Below are positions 41,010 to 51,721 of a stretch of 64,000 nucleotides of DNA, in pieces (positions within the stretch are counted from its first letter, which is position 1; the number at the start of each line of letters is the position of its first letter). Position numbers and translations under genes: made by a program. Source of the stretch: an uncultured Acidobacteriota bacterium (GTDB taxonomy: Bacteria; Acidobacteriota; UBA6911; RPQK01; JAPXNP01); assembly GCA_963777605.1 (NCBI GenBank), contig CAVZRV010000031.1, forward strand, positions 320,001 to 384,000, written 5' to 3'. Under the pieces are notes generated by a model, which was not told the origin of the DNA, made no database searches, and saw only the letters and a list, made by a program, of their open reading frames with translations.

Positions 41010-42260
41010 ATGAAAGGAACATGCCACGGTTGGGCCGGAACAGCAGTCGCCGTCGGAATCCTTTTCCTCGAACCGGGCCTGTGCCAGGTCAAGCCCACCG
41101 GCTCACCTGACTCCCGGTCACCTACCGTGACTCACCACCGCCGGGATTTGTCCAGCAGTTCGGTCAACCTGATCGGGAAAGTGGTCACGGAGACCGGTGA
41201 GGCGCCCAGCCAGTTGGTCCAGGTTGACCTGGTCTGTAATGGAAGGATCAAGCTGCAGACCCTGACCCTGCCCGACGGCAGCTTCTCCATGGACCTCGGT
41301 GCTCCCCGCAATAATGACTGGCTGGACCCGAGCATGGGAGGCAGCTATGACGGTACGCTTCAGACGGTCGGCTCTCTCGCCAACCCGGGTGCCGGTCGAG
41401 TGCTGAATCGCGGGGAACCGAGTGCGCCGGACCGGGTCGAACTGGGAGGCTGCGAGCTGCACGTAGCACCGAAGGCCGGCTTCACCTCGGACTCGATACC
41501 CTTGCGATCGCGCGATCCCATGGAAAACCCGGATGTCGGGGTTCTGGTCCTGAGACGCATTTCCGGGACAGGTGCGACAACGGTGAGTCTCAACACCTTG
41601 TCGGCTCCAGGCAAATCCCAGGAGGGATTCCGAAAGGCGATCGAGGAGCTTGACCGCGACAAACCCGATCTGAAGAAGGCTTCCCAGCTTCTCGATGACG
41701 CGATCGACAAGTATCCCCGCTTCTCGGCAGCCTGGGAGTTGCTGGCGCGCATCCAGCTCGCTCAGGACAAAAACTCGGAAGCGCGAAGCTCCCTGTTGAA
41801 AGCAATCGAAGCTGAACCCGGTTTCCTTTCTCCCTACCTGGTGCTCGCCCAGATCTCGATTCAACACAGTGACTGGTCGGAAACTGTGGATTGGACCGGC
41901 AAGGTACTGTCCCTTGACGGCAGCCACCCAACCGCACTCTATTGGAACGGCCTTGCCCATTACTACCTGGGCCGATTGAACCGCGCGGAGCAACCGCTGT
42001 CCCGGCTTTACGCCGGGAGCAGCGAAATGGAACTCAAATATCCTTTCGGCCTTCTTCCCTTGGGAGTAATTCATGCCAACCAGGGCCGGATCCAGGAGGC
42101 TGGACGGGAACTGAATCGGTATCTGGAGGTCATGCCTCCGGAACGGATCTCGCCTGAACAACGAAGGCAGCTCACAACCCAAATCGCATCGTGGGAAAGC
42201 GCAGGTCTCCTGGAAACGGAGACGCCGGAAAGCACGGTCGCCCAGACTTCCCCGAAATAG
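41010..42260 (+). CDS. Secreted TPR-repeat protein with an N-terminal beta-sandwich
   Basis: GKVV..G..V.LVC..DG.F followed by AI.KYPRF..AW..L and further TPR-like helices. Confidence 0.75.
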   Translation: MKGTCHGWAGTAVAVGILFLEPGLCQVKPTGSPDSRSPTVTHHRRDLSSSSVNLIGKVVTETGEAPSQLVQVDLVCNGRIKLQTLTLPDGSFSMDLGAPRNNDWLDPSMGGSYDGTLQTVGSLANPGAGRVLNRGEPSAPDRVELGGCELHVAPKAGFTSDSIPLRSRDPMENPDVGVLVLRRISGTGATTVSLNTLSAPGKSQEGFRKAIEELDRDKPDLKKASQLLDDAIDKYPRFSAAWELLARIQLAQDKNSEARSSLLKAIEAEPGFLSPYLVLAQISIQHSDWSETVDWTGKVLSLDGSHPTALYWNGLAHYYLGRLNRAEQPLSRLYAGSSEMELKYPFGLLPLGVIHANQGRIQEAGRELNRYLEVMPPERISPEQRRQLTTQIASWESAGLLETETPESTVAQTSPK

Positions 42261-42275
42261 TGCAGGATTGATCAT

Positions 42276-44701
42276 TCAATCTTGGTCAATCGCAGGCTTC
42301 GGGCCGCCCATCCGGGCACCCTTAAACACCACCTCGGGGCCCATTCCCTCGGGCACCTCCCATAACGGATCCCCGGACTCCGTTTCGACGACTTCCTCGG
42401 CTCTCGTGCCGGTGACGCAGTCGAACCAGATCAGCTGGTAATTCCCCTTGGGGAGACCTTTCAAGCCGAGTCGGCCTCCAGCATTCGAGGAATAGGCTAT
42501 GAATCGGCCGTCCGCGGCCGCCAGGACGTATTCAGTAGTACCAAGGGCGCGTTCATCCCGGGGTTCGAGCCCGGTAAGATCAACCGCTTCAAAAAAGCGG
42601 GCCAGGTTGCCGAGATCGAGCAGGGCTTCCGGCTCAGTGGTTTGGACATCCATACCCAACACCATGACGTAGGCCCCTCCCATCGCTGCCGCCCAGCTTC
42701 GCAGCCGTGCATTCTCCCGGTCTCCCGGCCGATAGTGTCCAGCCAGTTCCGACATGTTCAGGTTGAATTTGCCTCCGGCGGCATTCCAGGCTTCGACAAC
42801 CTTCTCGTGGACTGCTTTTGGATCGAGGGCCGTCTTGCCGGTCTCTCCGAGCTGCATGGCGAACTGGTCAATCGACGGCTCTCCCGCAAACTCGCTGAAG
42901 TCGGTACCCGTGAGCTTGTGAACAGCGATCGGGTGTCCGAAGCGGTCGATCGACCGGATCAGCCGGGTCACCTGGACCACCTGGTCGGGTGTAAACCCCT
43001 CCTGGTACTCCTCCGCCACGCACCAGATCAGGTTGCGATGGTATTGGAAGCGATTTACCAGGGTTCGGATCAGGCCAAGTTCCTCCTCGGACAGCGGGGC
43101 CCGGGGGCCGGCGATCCGCGCATTGTCATCGAACAGAATGAAGAAGGTGGTCACCCCGCTCCGATCGAGGAGCGTGAACCACCGATCCCACTGATCGAGA
43201 ACGGCCTGGTTGATTCCCTTCGAAGGGTCGTGATCGATGAAGGGATTCTGGGTTTCGTCGCCGTCACCGCCGTGAGACCGGACAGCCATCACGTATATGG
43301 AATTGGCTCCAGTCCCGGTCATCTTTGCGATCAGCTCCATCTGGTCCCCGGTGCGGGTCCCGTCCGGATTGAGTTCTCCCCGATAGAGAAAGCCCTCCGG
43401 ATCACCGGGTCCGGCCATAAAGAAAGGACTCCCGTTTCGGCGAGTCAGCCAGGATGGCCGGGCCGGATCGGGAACGATCTCGTTATGCCCCGGCTCCGGG
43501 CCCGTCCCCTGCCATTCCTTCGGATCCACTGCCGCAAACAACTTTGCCAGGAAAGTCTGTTCCACCTCGTTCCACGTCCGATTGTCGGAACGAGCCGCCC
43601 GGAGCGCGATCAAGTTGAGTTCCGGAACGACAAATGCCCAGTTCAGCCCGGACCCGGCGATTCGGAACATGGTCGCCGGGTACCGGCCGAAGAACCCGTC
43701 CACGTTCGAGCGGAGATTCGGATAGCGGCTGGAGAGCCGGAACCGCTGGATCCACCCGTCCGGAACCAGTTGTTTCGCCGTCCCACTCGCCGTCATGAAG
43801 CAGGAAATAGGCGAACCGGGCGTAGTCCCTCGGAGTCATGCGCAGTCCGCCGGCGCTGAACCATTTCAGGTCGTCGCTGGGAGGGGCGTGAAAGTCGATG
43901 CCCGAGAAGCCGATCGGCTGGAGCAGCCGGTCCCACAGAAATTGGTGAGCCGGAATCCCGTAGACGTTGCTCAAGACCAGTCCGATGTGCCCAAATCCGA
44001 CACTGGAGTAGCCACCCGAATACTCGCCCCAGACTTCCTTCCCGGCCCACCCCTCCGGATGTCCCGGAGTAAAGTAGATCTTTCCCGGTGGAAGGCCAGT
44101 GGGCATCATGTCCCACGATCCATTCCCGGTAGTCGGTCCACTCGTTGCGGCCCTGTTCAATGGCTTCGCCCGTGCCGGTCCGTTCGGGACAGAGCCCAGA
44201 GGTGTGCCGGAAGATCTCTTCGAAGGTAATCCCCGCTTTTTGCGGATCGGACAGGGGAAACCCTTCCGGCAGCCAGCGCTTGTCGTAAACCCGGTCTTCC
44301 GGATAGATCTTCAGATCGATCTTGCTGGTCTGGCTGTCGCGGACCATGATCCCGAAACAGCTCATCGCAAAGGATTTGCCGTTTGAAGAAATGTAGGTCT
44401 TGAAGTCGCGGGCCTCTGGGGTGTTGTACCACTCGCCGATGATCCAACCGTCCTTGATGACGATCGTCCCCTTGTAGTCGCTGTAGGGCTTCCAATTGCC
44501 GTTGGGGACGGACTGGCTGTAGCGTCCCAGTTCCTCCAGTCGTTCGGGATCGATACCGAGCGACCGGATGAAATCAGGATCGGTATTCTTCCTCCATCCC
44601 CCGTCATGCTCGGACGGGGGATAATACACCGCGTCCCCGCACGAGGTTCCCACGAAGAGCGCAACCAAGAACAACATCGTCAAGAACCGCAACCACACCA
44701 T
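42276..44701 (-). CDS. Serine hydrolase (beta-lactamase fold) fused to a glycoside-hydrolase-like barrel and a C-terminal beta domain (frameshifts near 44080 and 43780)
   Basis: SNGK (SxxK), HTSGL, YSS.G, GGL.MT.RD.ARF..L..GEW; then IW.VAEE, .AVH and Y..IWFD..TG. Confidence 0.7.
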
Positions 44702-44849
44702 TCATTAACTCCCGGACACTAAAGATGGCACAAGCAGAATCACGGGAAACGCTCCCCATCAAAAAGCCATTTCCCGAACTTATCGAGCAGGACTCATCAA
44801 AAATACCGCAAAGAACGAACGGCGCAAGCAGGACACAGGCGAGCCCTAT

Positions 44850-45110
44850 GTGCCGGAAGCGGAAGCTTCCGCTTTTGCCAGTCCGCAGCTACCACCGGAC
44901 ACGGGAAGGAAGCGAAGGCTTCCGTTGCCTCCCTAGGCTCGCACTTCGGTTTCGCCCTTCGACATTCGCCATTCGCGTTCGGAATTCCAAATTCCACACG
45001 ACGGGGCCGAACGACTGGAAAGTTCGCTCGAAGGGGTCAGCGCGAGGGAAGCTCTCGCTTCCCCGGTAACGGGCCGGGGGCGGCAAAACGGAAGCTGTCG
45101 TTTCCGCACT
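44850..45110. repeat. REPIN-like element, copy 1
   Basis: Terminal inverted repeats GTGCCGGAAGC..GCTTCCGCTTTTGCC and GGCAAAACGGAAGC..TTTCCGCAC; four GGAAGC-N4-GCTTCC-type hairpins; internal TTCG heptamer run. Confidence 0.75.
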
Positions 45111-46158
45111 TCTCCACATGGTGGGGGGACAGACCGCTGGAGGTTGCCGATGGGGAAGAACGGAGACTCTCGATGAAGTCCGCTTTCATCCAGTATATGT
45201 CACGACTGCCCCCTCCGGGCATGCTGCCGGCAGGGGGAATCCCCGGGGGTAGTTGCACGTTGGTGACCCGATTGCTGGTGAAGAAGAAGTAGCGGCCCTC
45301 AATGGTGATCGAAGGGTGACTTTCCTCGGCATCACTGTTGATCCGGGGACCAAGATTCACCGCAACTCCCCAACTGCCCGAGTCGTCGCGGAAGCTGATG
45401 TATAAGTCACCTTCGCCGCAGCCTCCCTCCCGGTCGGAGACAAAGATCAGGCAGCTCTCGTCGGGAGCGACGAATGGTGAATACTCCCGATACTCGCTGT
45501 TAACCGGTTCCGGCAGGCGGACTGCGGACTTGAATTCAGATTCGAGCCACCGAGCGACATAGAGGTCGCCATCAGACAGGTTCGAGGGGTCACTTCGGGC
45601 AAAGTAGAGGTCGCCTGATCGAGTCAGCGACGGGTTGCTTTCACTCTGTCGCGAGTTGACCGCCGAACCCAAAAGCGCCGGATCGCCCCACTCGCCGGAT
45701 TCGAAGCGACTCTTCCAGATTTCCTCGCCGGCCCCATCCGGCTGCAATGATTTCGCAGTCAGATAGAACCACTCTCCGTCGGGAGCCAAGGCGAGATCCA
45801 GGATGATGGAGCCTGGTCCGAGAGGTTGAAGCGGGACTGGAGGCTGCCACCTTCCGTCCCGGTCTTCGAGCAACAAGACCTTACCGACCCCGTCCTGCAC
45901 GGTCCGCCAAAGAAAAGTGCGGGCTCCCTGTACGAAGATCGAGCAACCCTCGTCGGCGCCCGTGGATATCTTGCCCGGCAGAAAAATGGAAGGGGCGTCT
46001 CCGGCAACCTGCCCCATATAGGGACCGCGGAGGGGGTGAAAGCGTTCCTGCCCTCGAGGTTCGGAACCTTGCGGCTCGCTGACCGCACTCTGAGCCACAA
46101 CCAACGAACTCGATGCCGCGAGGATGGTTCCAAAGACAAAGCCGGAGACAAGCCGCAT
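45037..46158 (-). CDS. Secreted PD40/TolB-like beta-propeller protein
   Basis: GPY.GQ..P.IF.PG.IS; repeated VNS..E..P..PD..L.F.S.R; DLY. Confidence 0.85.
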   Translation of the reverse strand: MRLVSGFVFGTILAASSSLVVAQSAVSEPQGSEPRGQERFHPLRGPYMGQVAGDAPSIFLPGKISTGADEGCSIFVQGARTFLWRTVQDGVGKVLLLEDRDGRWQPPVPLQPLGPGSIILDLALAPDGEWFYLTAKSLQPDGAGEEIWKSRFESGEWGDPALLGSAVNSRQSESNPSLTRSGDLYFARSDPSNLSDGDLYVARWLESEFKSAVRLPEPVNSEYREYSPFVAPDESCLIFVSDREGGCGEGDLYISFRDDSGSWGVAVNLGPRINSDAEESHPSITIEGRYFFFTSNRVTNVQLPPGIPPAGSMPGGGSRDIYWMKADFIESLRSSPSATSSGLSPHHVEKCGNDSFRFAAPGPLPGKRELPSR

Positions 46159-46247
46159 TCTTACCTCCCTCAACCATTCCACGAATCCGGGAAGCAATAG
46201 TTCCGATCACCGGCGTTTGCGACCCCGCGAAGCCGCTCCCCCCATAT

Positions 46248-46516
46248 GGAGTGTCGGAAGCGACAGCTTCCGCTTTTTCCGCTCACGAAAAGTCAACAGA
46301 CACAGCCAGGAAGCGATAGCTTCCGTTGCCACCCTTTGTCGTTCGCACTTCGCACTTCGGTTTCCCACTTCGCCTTCGTCCTTCGACTTCGCCGTTCACC
46401 ATTCAAACTTCCCACGTTCCACACGGCGGGAGCACGGCATTACTGAAAGGGAAGCTCTCGCTTCCCCGGCAACGGGCCGGGGACGGCAAAGCGGAACCTC
46501 TCGGTTCCGCACCCCA
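46248..46516. repeat. REPIN-like element, copy 2
   Basis: Same layout as copy 1, including the near-identical block AGGGAAGCTCTCGCTTCCCCGGYAACGGGCCGGGGRCGGCAAA. Confidence 0.75.
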
Positions 46517-46542
46517 AATGGTTCGGTGGCAAATCCCGGCTT

Positions 46543-46575
46543 GGGGACGGACCCCCACGGATGGGGACGGACCCC
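46543..46575. repeat. Two GGGGACGGACCCC REP-like cores, 20-nt period
   Basis: 46543-46555 and 46563-46575. Confidence 0.65.
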
Positions 46576-46597
46576 GGCGGCAGGAGAACGGTTCGCC

Positions 46598-47161
46598 CTA
46601 ACTCTGCTTGGGATCGCCGAATGAACGCTGGAACATCTCTCGGAGCGCCTGGCGGCCATCCTCGCTCAGGTTCCGGGTCCCGGTTCCGGCAAACGTCTTG
46701 TCCCGGATGACCGGCTCTTCGGGCACCCACTGGTGATCTTGCCAGGCGTACCAGGCCTGAGATCCCTGATCATAGAGGTGCAGCGGACGGTTGAAGAGCT
46801 TGGCCAGTTCGACACCCCACCCGGTGCCGCCCTTGACCGTGTTGTCCGGCTGTTTCCAGCCCACGGCGATGACATGGTAGCCATTGTTGACCATATGAAA
46901 GATGGACTGGATCACCTTGCGAATCTTGTCCGCCCGGCTGTAGTTTCGTTTCATTCGAGTGGAGACAATAGCCATGCTCACGTCGCCCCGGTCCAGTTCT
47001 TCCGTGGTCAATTGCCGAATCCCGCGGGTGCGCTCCATCTGATGACCTTCAAAGGAGAAATTCACTTCGGCGATTCCCCACTCTTCGGCCAGCCTGCCGA
47101 ATTCCGCCTCGGCCCCTTTGTGAGCTCCACTAAAAAGAGTGACTTCTGAACGATTTACCAT
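46598..47161 (-). CDS. Conserved hypothetical protein, possible SLOG-like fold
   Basis: GGAG RBS; SGA.KGAE..FG; KGGTGW.VE.AK; FAGTGTR. Confidence 0.7.
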   Translation of the reverse strand: MVNRSEVTLFSGAHKGAEAEFGRLAEEWGIAEVNFSFEGHQMERTRGIRQLTTEELDRGDVSMAIVSTRMKRNYSRADKIRKVIQSIFHMVNNGYHVIAVGWKQPDNTVKGGTGWGVELAKLFNRPLHLYDQGSQAWYAWQDHQWVPEEPVIRDKTFAGTGTRNLSEDGRQALREMFQRSFGDPKQS

Positions 47162-47385
47162 GATTAATTCTCCAAATTCACAATTCCGGACGAGTATGCA
47201 CACGTCCGGCTGTCTAACCTTTTTCTCTTCCTGGAACAGTATGAACCCCGGGCGCCTGCACGGGAACTGTTCGAAGGCACGGGACCTTTCCAATCCCGCT
47301 TTCGAAAACGGCGGCGCCAGATAAACGAACAGCGGCCGCGAGGAAAACAAGTATTATACGCCCATTGGTGATCCGATGCGACAAG

Positions 47386-47700
47386 TGGCACCTTCCATCG
47401 GGAACCGGGGCAGTCGACAACGCGGTAGGATCCGCCACCGTTATGGAGGCGGTGCGGATTCTCAAGGCCCCGGCATCCAGCCTCGCCGGGCCATCCGAAT
47501 CGCGCTCTGGGGAGGAGAGGAACAGGGCTACTAAGGATTACAGATTGCGTGAAGGCACATTCCGTGAACCCGGGAGCGCTCGCGGAAGCCCTCCAGCAGG
47601 CCGCCGGGATCATCGCGGGTTCGTCTACCAGACCGCGATGCGGAACGAGATACTGCCCCGCGCATCTCTTCCCAAACCCGCGCCGAAGCCTCGATCGCCC
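47386..47700 (+). pseudogene. M28 peptidase remnant with an internal deletion
   Basis: WH..GTGAVDNAVGSATVMEAVRILKA..SGEE, closely followed by the C-terminal-like QQAAGIIA/FVYQTAMRNEILPR. Confidence 0.65.
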
Positions 47701-47811
47701 ACCGGGTCCCGGCACATCGTTGCCTCGATTGGCGTTTTTGCCGGGTAGGGTGGAGAATGGGGTCCAGGCAGGACCGTGACCTGCCCTCTGGGAGCGAATC
47801 ACCGGGCGGCG

Positions 47812-48489
47812 ATGAGACAATATCGGGCGAAGTACTACGATTGGTTCTCCCATTTCTATGATCGCTTCGTGGCACTCCACTCGCACGATCGGCAGGGAAC
47901 GCTGCGAAAGGAGTTGGCTTCCGCAACGGGCCTGAGACCTGGCGAACTGGTTTTGGATTTGTGCACGGGAACGGGAGCGCAACTTCCGGAACTGCTCACC
48001 CAGGTCGCTGCTGACGGTCGGGTGATCGGACTCGATTTCTCGAGGGGAATGCTGGCTCGCGCGCAATCCAAGTCATGGAACCAACTCGCCGTCTGCCTTG
48101 TGCAGGCCGACGTGGCGGCTCTCCCTTTTGAACCTTGTGTTTTTGACGCCGTCACCTGCTCACATGCCTTCTACGAACTCTCGGGTGAGGCTTCGGCGCG
48201 CAGCTTGCGCGAGGTGAAGCGTGTCCTCAAGCCGGGCAAGCCGTTCTTGATGGCGGAACATGACATCCCGGCCGGACGAATCACCCGGATCCTCTTCTAC
48301 ATCCGGATCTATTCAATGGGCCGGCGGCGGTCGCTTGAAATCCTGCAAGATGAAGAGGGCTTCTTTCGGAAATACTTCGGTCGCGTGAAGAAGATCACCC
48401 CACCGGGGGGGAGGTCAAAGATCCTGATCTGCACTACGGCTCCAAGGAGTGAAGCAGCAGGAGTTCCCAGCACTGGGAACTCCACGTAG
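47812..48489 (+). CDS. Class I SAM methyltransferase (UbiE-like)
   Basis: VLDLCTGTG, GLDFS.GML, LPF..FD, RVLKPG. Confidence 0.85.
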   Translation: MRQYRAKYYDWFSHFYDRFVALHSHDRQGTLRKELASATGLRPGELVLDLCTGTGAQLPELLTQVAADGRVIGLDFSRGMLARAQSKSWNQLAVCLVQADVAALPFEPCVFDAVTCSHAFYELSGEASARSLREVKRVLKPGKPFLMAEHDIPAGRITRILFYIRIYSMGRRRSLEILQDEEGFFRKYFGRVKKITPPGGRSKILICTTAPRSEAAGVPSTGNST

Positions 48490-48582
48490 AATCGGTGCGG
48501 AGAACCGGCGGATAACGGGCAGGCACAGTACCAAGGGGCGTCGGCTACGGTCCGGCGGAACTGGGCAAGGGGCAACCGATCC

Positions 48583-50340
48583 ATGAAAAACTTTGCAGTG
48601 CTCGCTTTCGTCTCGCTTTTCCTGTTGGCTTGTTCCGGTCGAAGCCCCAGTCCCAAGCCGAACATCGTCCTCATCCTGTCGGATGACCAGGGCTGGGGGG
48701 ATTTGAGTGTCAGCGGGAACCGCAATCTCGAGACCCCCAATATCGATCGCCTCGCCCAATCCGGAGTCACTTTCGATCGGTTCTACGTCAGCCCGGTCTG
48801 CTCGCCGACTCGCGCAGAACTGTTGACGGGCCGATATCACGTGAGGGGGGGAGTCTACTCAACCTCCGCCGGCGGCGAGCGCCTGGACCTTGACGAGACA
48901 ACCATCGCAGAAGTCTTCAAGAGTGCGGGCTACGCGACGGCGGCATACGGAAAATGGCATAACGGGATGCAGCCCCCTTATCACCCCAATGCACGCGGAT
49001 TTGACGACTTCTACGGATTCTGCTCGGGCCACTGGGGCAACTACTTCGGCCCGATGCTCGAACACAACGGACAAATCGTGAGGGGGAGCGGATTCATTAC
49101 CGACGATCTCTTCGATCACGGAATCCGGTTCATCGAAGAGCACCGGGGGGGACCCTTCCTGCTCTACCTGCCGCTGAACACACCGCACAGCCCGATGCAG
49201 GTTCCCGATCAGTGGTGGGAGAAGTTCGAATCCAGGGAACTCCAACAACGGCACCGCGATCCTGAGAAGGAAGATGTTCAGTTCACCCGAGCGGCCCTTG
49301 CCATGTGCGAAAACATAGACTGGAACGTCGGGCGGCTCTTGGCGAGGATCGACGAGCTGGGTATTTCGGAACAGACGATTGTCGTCTACTTTTCCGACAA
49401 CGGGCCGAACAGCTGGCGCTGGAACGGGGGCATGAAAGGCAGAAAAGGCTCCACAGATGAAGGGGGCGTCCGATCTCCCCTGATCATCAGGTGGAACGGC
49501 CATTTGCAGCCAGGAAAGACAATCACGGAGATAGCAGCCGCAATGGACCTGCTGCCGACCCTGGTCGATATGGCCGGCCTTGATCTCACAACGCCAAAGC
49601 CGCTCGACGGAATCAGTTTGAAGCCCCTCTTATCGGGAAAGTCACCCAACTGGCCCGATCGTTTGATCGTGAGTCACTGGGGCAACCGGACCAGCGTCCG
49701 CAGCCGGCAATTCAGATTGGACGACCAGGATCGGCTCTTCGATATGCAGCGGGATCCAGGTCAGGGTTCCGACGTCTCATCCCGATTTCCGACTGTTGCG
49801 CAGCGCCTGATCCGGGGGAAAGCAGAATGGGAAAGCTCGGTACTCAGCGAACTCCCCGAACATGACGCCCGCCCGTTTCCGATCGGTCATCCCGATTTCA
49901 CCTTCACCCAGTTACCCGCCCGCGATGGTGTCGCTCACGGAAACATCAAGCGATCGAACCAGTTTCCCAACTGCAGTTTCTTTACGAACTGGATCAGCAC
50001 CGAAGACAGCATTGCGTGGGATGTCGAAGTTTTAGAGGAAGGTGACTTCGAGGTGGAACTCCACTACACCTGCCCTGCCCGGGATACTGGTGCAACGATC
50101 GAGTTCAGCCTGGGAACTGCCAAACTGGTCGGAACGGTAACGGACGCTCACGACCCCCCGCTGGAAGGGATGGAAAATGATCGAGTGCCGAGAGGGGAGT
50201 CCTACGTAAAGGATTTCAGGCCGCTGCGGTTGGGCACGATCCACCTCCCAAAAGGGACGGGCACTTTGTCTCTTCGGGCGTTGGAAATCCCCGGGACCCA
50301 AGCCATGGATTTCCGCTTGATCATGTTGCGACGGCTGTAG
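48583..50340 (+). CDS. Arylsulfatase family lipoprotein
   Basis: LLAC lipobox; PNIV.ILSDDQG; CSPTRA.LLTGR; GKWH; SDNG. Confidence 0.93.
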   Translation: MKNFAVLAFVSLFLLACSGRSPSPKPNIVLILSDDQGWGDLSVSGNRNLETPNIDRLAQSGVTFDRFYVSPVCSPTRAELLTGRYHVRGGVYSTSAGGERLDLDETTIAEVFKSAGYATAAYGKWHNGMQPPYHPNARGFDDFYGFCSGHWGNYFGPMLEHNGQIVRGSGFITDDLFDHGIRFIEEHRGGPFLLYLPLNTPHSPMQVPDQWWEKFESRELQQRHRDPEKEDVQFTRAALAMCENIDWNVGRLLARIDELGISEQTIVVYFSDNGPNSWRWNGGMKGRKGSTDEGGVRSPLIIRWNGHLQPGKTITEIAAAMDLLPTLVDMAGLDLTTPKPLDGISLKPLLSGKSPNWPDRLIVSHWGNRTSVRSRQFRLDDQDRLFDMQRDPGQGSDVSSRFPTVAQRLIRGKAEWESSVLSELPEHDARPFPIGHPDFTFTQLPARDGVAHGNIKRSNQFPNCSFFTNWISTEDSIAWDVEVLEEGDFEVELHYTCPARDTGATIEFSLGTAKLVGTVTDAHDPPLEGMENDRVPRGESYVKDFRPLRLGTIHLPKGTGTLSLRALEIPGTQAMDFRLIMLRRL

Positions 50341-50485
50341 GCGGGGCCTGTTCCTGCGCGTCTCGACCGGGCAGGGTCCGGAAGGAGCGGAAGCCCCAAA
50401 CTGTTGCCCAGATCGAGGGCAACGATGAATTACTTCCCCAAAATTCCCTTTCGGAAGGTACAATTCGGGAAACCGGGAGGACACC

Positions 50486-51673
50486 ATGCATCTCTTGTAC
50501 GGCGAGACACGTGCGTTCAGAGGAGAAAATCGCAGGCGAGAAAATCGCCGCGAATGGCTGCAGCGCGTCATTGCCGCCGGAATGGTCGCTCCTTTTGTGG
50601 CCCGCGTTCCGGCATTCGCCAGTTCGACATTCGGTGTTTCGCAACGTACCCGATGGTCGATGCCCGGCCTTTTCCCCGGCCGAGTCTCCTCGGTCTACCA
50701 CCCCTTCTCGATCGTCGATCGACAATACCAGGGGGGACCGGTCCGGGAGATGATTCGCCGTTGCATGATGGACCTGACCGGAGCCCCCCACTGGGTAGAC
50801 GCCTGGCGGATGTTCTTTGAGCCCGGTGAGGTGGTAGGGATCAAACTCAACCCCTCCAGCCGTCCCTATGTAATCTCGGCGCCCGAGGTTGTCCAGGAAA
50901 TCATCTTCGGCCTGATCGAGGCAGGGATCAGGCGCCAGGACATCGTGGTCTACGACCGTTACAAGGACATGTTCTTCTCGGCGGGCTTCGACCGCTGGCT
51001 TCCGGACGGCGTTCGCATCGCCTGGGCGACAGACTACTCCGACCCGACCCAGCAGCGGCTCGACGGCTACGACCCCGACCACTGGATGGACATGCAGTTG
51101 ACGCTTCCGGGGTTTTCCTTCGACAACGAACGGGCCCGGCGCTCCTACGTTGCCCGGTTCCTGACCAGGGACGTGGACAAACTGATCAATCTCTGTCTCC
51201 TCAAGCACCACCAATCGGCCGGAATCACCAACGCGCTCAAGAACCTCTCCCACGGCCTGGTCAACAACGTCAATCGCAGTCACTCCTCGCCGATCCTGAA
51301 CGCTTGCGGAACATTCATCCCGACATCCGTGTCGATCCCCGTCATTCGCGACAAGACCGTTCTTCACCTATGCGACGCGATTCAAGCGTTGGCCCACGGT
51401 GGTCCCGTCATGAAGCCTGAGGCCACCCGGTTCATCTGGATGCACAAGCGGATCTACGCCTCCACCGACCCGGTGGCGATGGACAAGGTAGGCTGGGACG
51501 TACTGGACCAGCGACGGGTTGCCACCGGAATGCGTCCCCTGGCGGAGGCCTTGATGGACGAGTTCAGCGGGTACGTCAGGATGCAGCCGGAACACGTTGA
51601 CATCGCCGGCGCCCTGGGCCTGGGGATTGCAGAAAGAGAACGAATCGACCTGCTCGAGCTCAACCTCTCCTGA
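50486..51673 (+). CDS. DUF362 domain protein with a Tat-like signal
   Basis: NRREWL; VGIK.N; IN..LK.H..AG.T.ALKN..G; S.DPVA.D. Confidence 0.85.
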   Translation: MHLLYGETRAFRGENRRRENRREWLQRVIAAGMVAPFVARVPAFASSTFGVSQRTRWSMPGLFPGRVSSVYHPFSIVDRQYQGGPVREMIRRCMMDLTGAPHWVDAWRMFFEPGEVVGIKLNPSSRPYVISAPEVVQEIIFGLIEAGIRRQDIVVYDRYKDMFFSAGFDRWLPDGVRIAWATDYSDPTQQRLDGYDPDHWMDMQLTLPGFSFDNERARRSYVARFLTRDVDKLINLCLLKHHQSAGITNALKNLSHGLVNNVNRSHSSPILNACGTFIPTSVSIPVIRDKTVLHLCDAIQALAHGGPVMKPEATRFIWMHKRIYASTDPVAMDKVGWDVLDQRRVATGMRPLAEALMDEFSGYVRMQPEHVDIAGALGLGIAERERIDLLELNLS

Positions 51674-51721
51674 CCGACCCCGTAAGTCAGCCCAGTCGCG
51701 GGGAGACATCCATCCTCAGTG

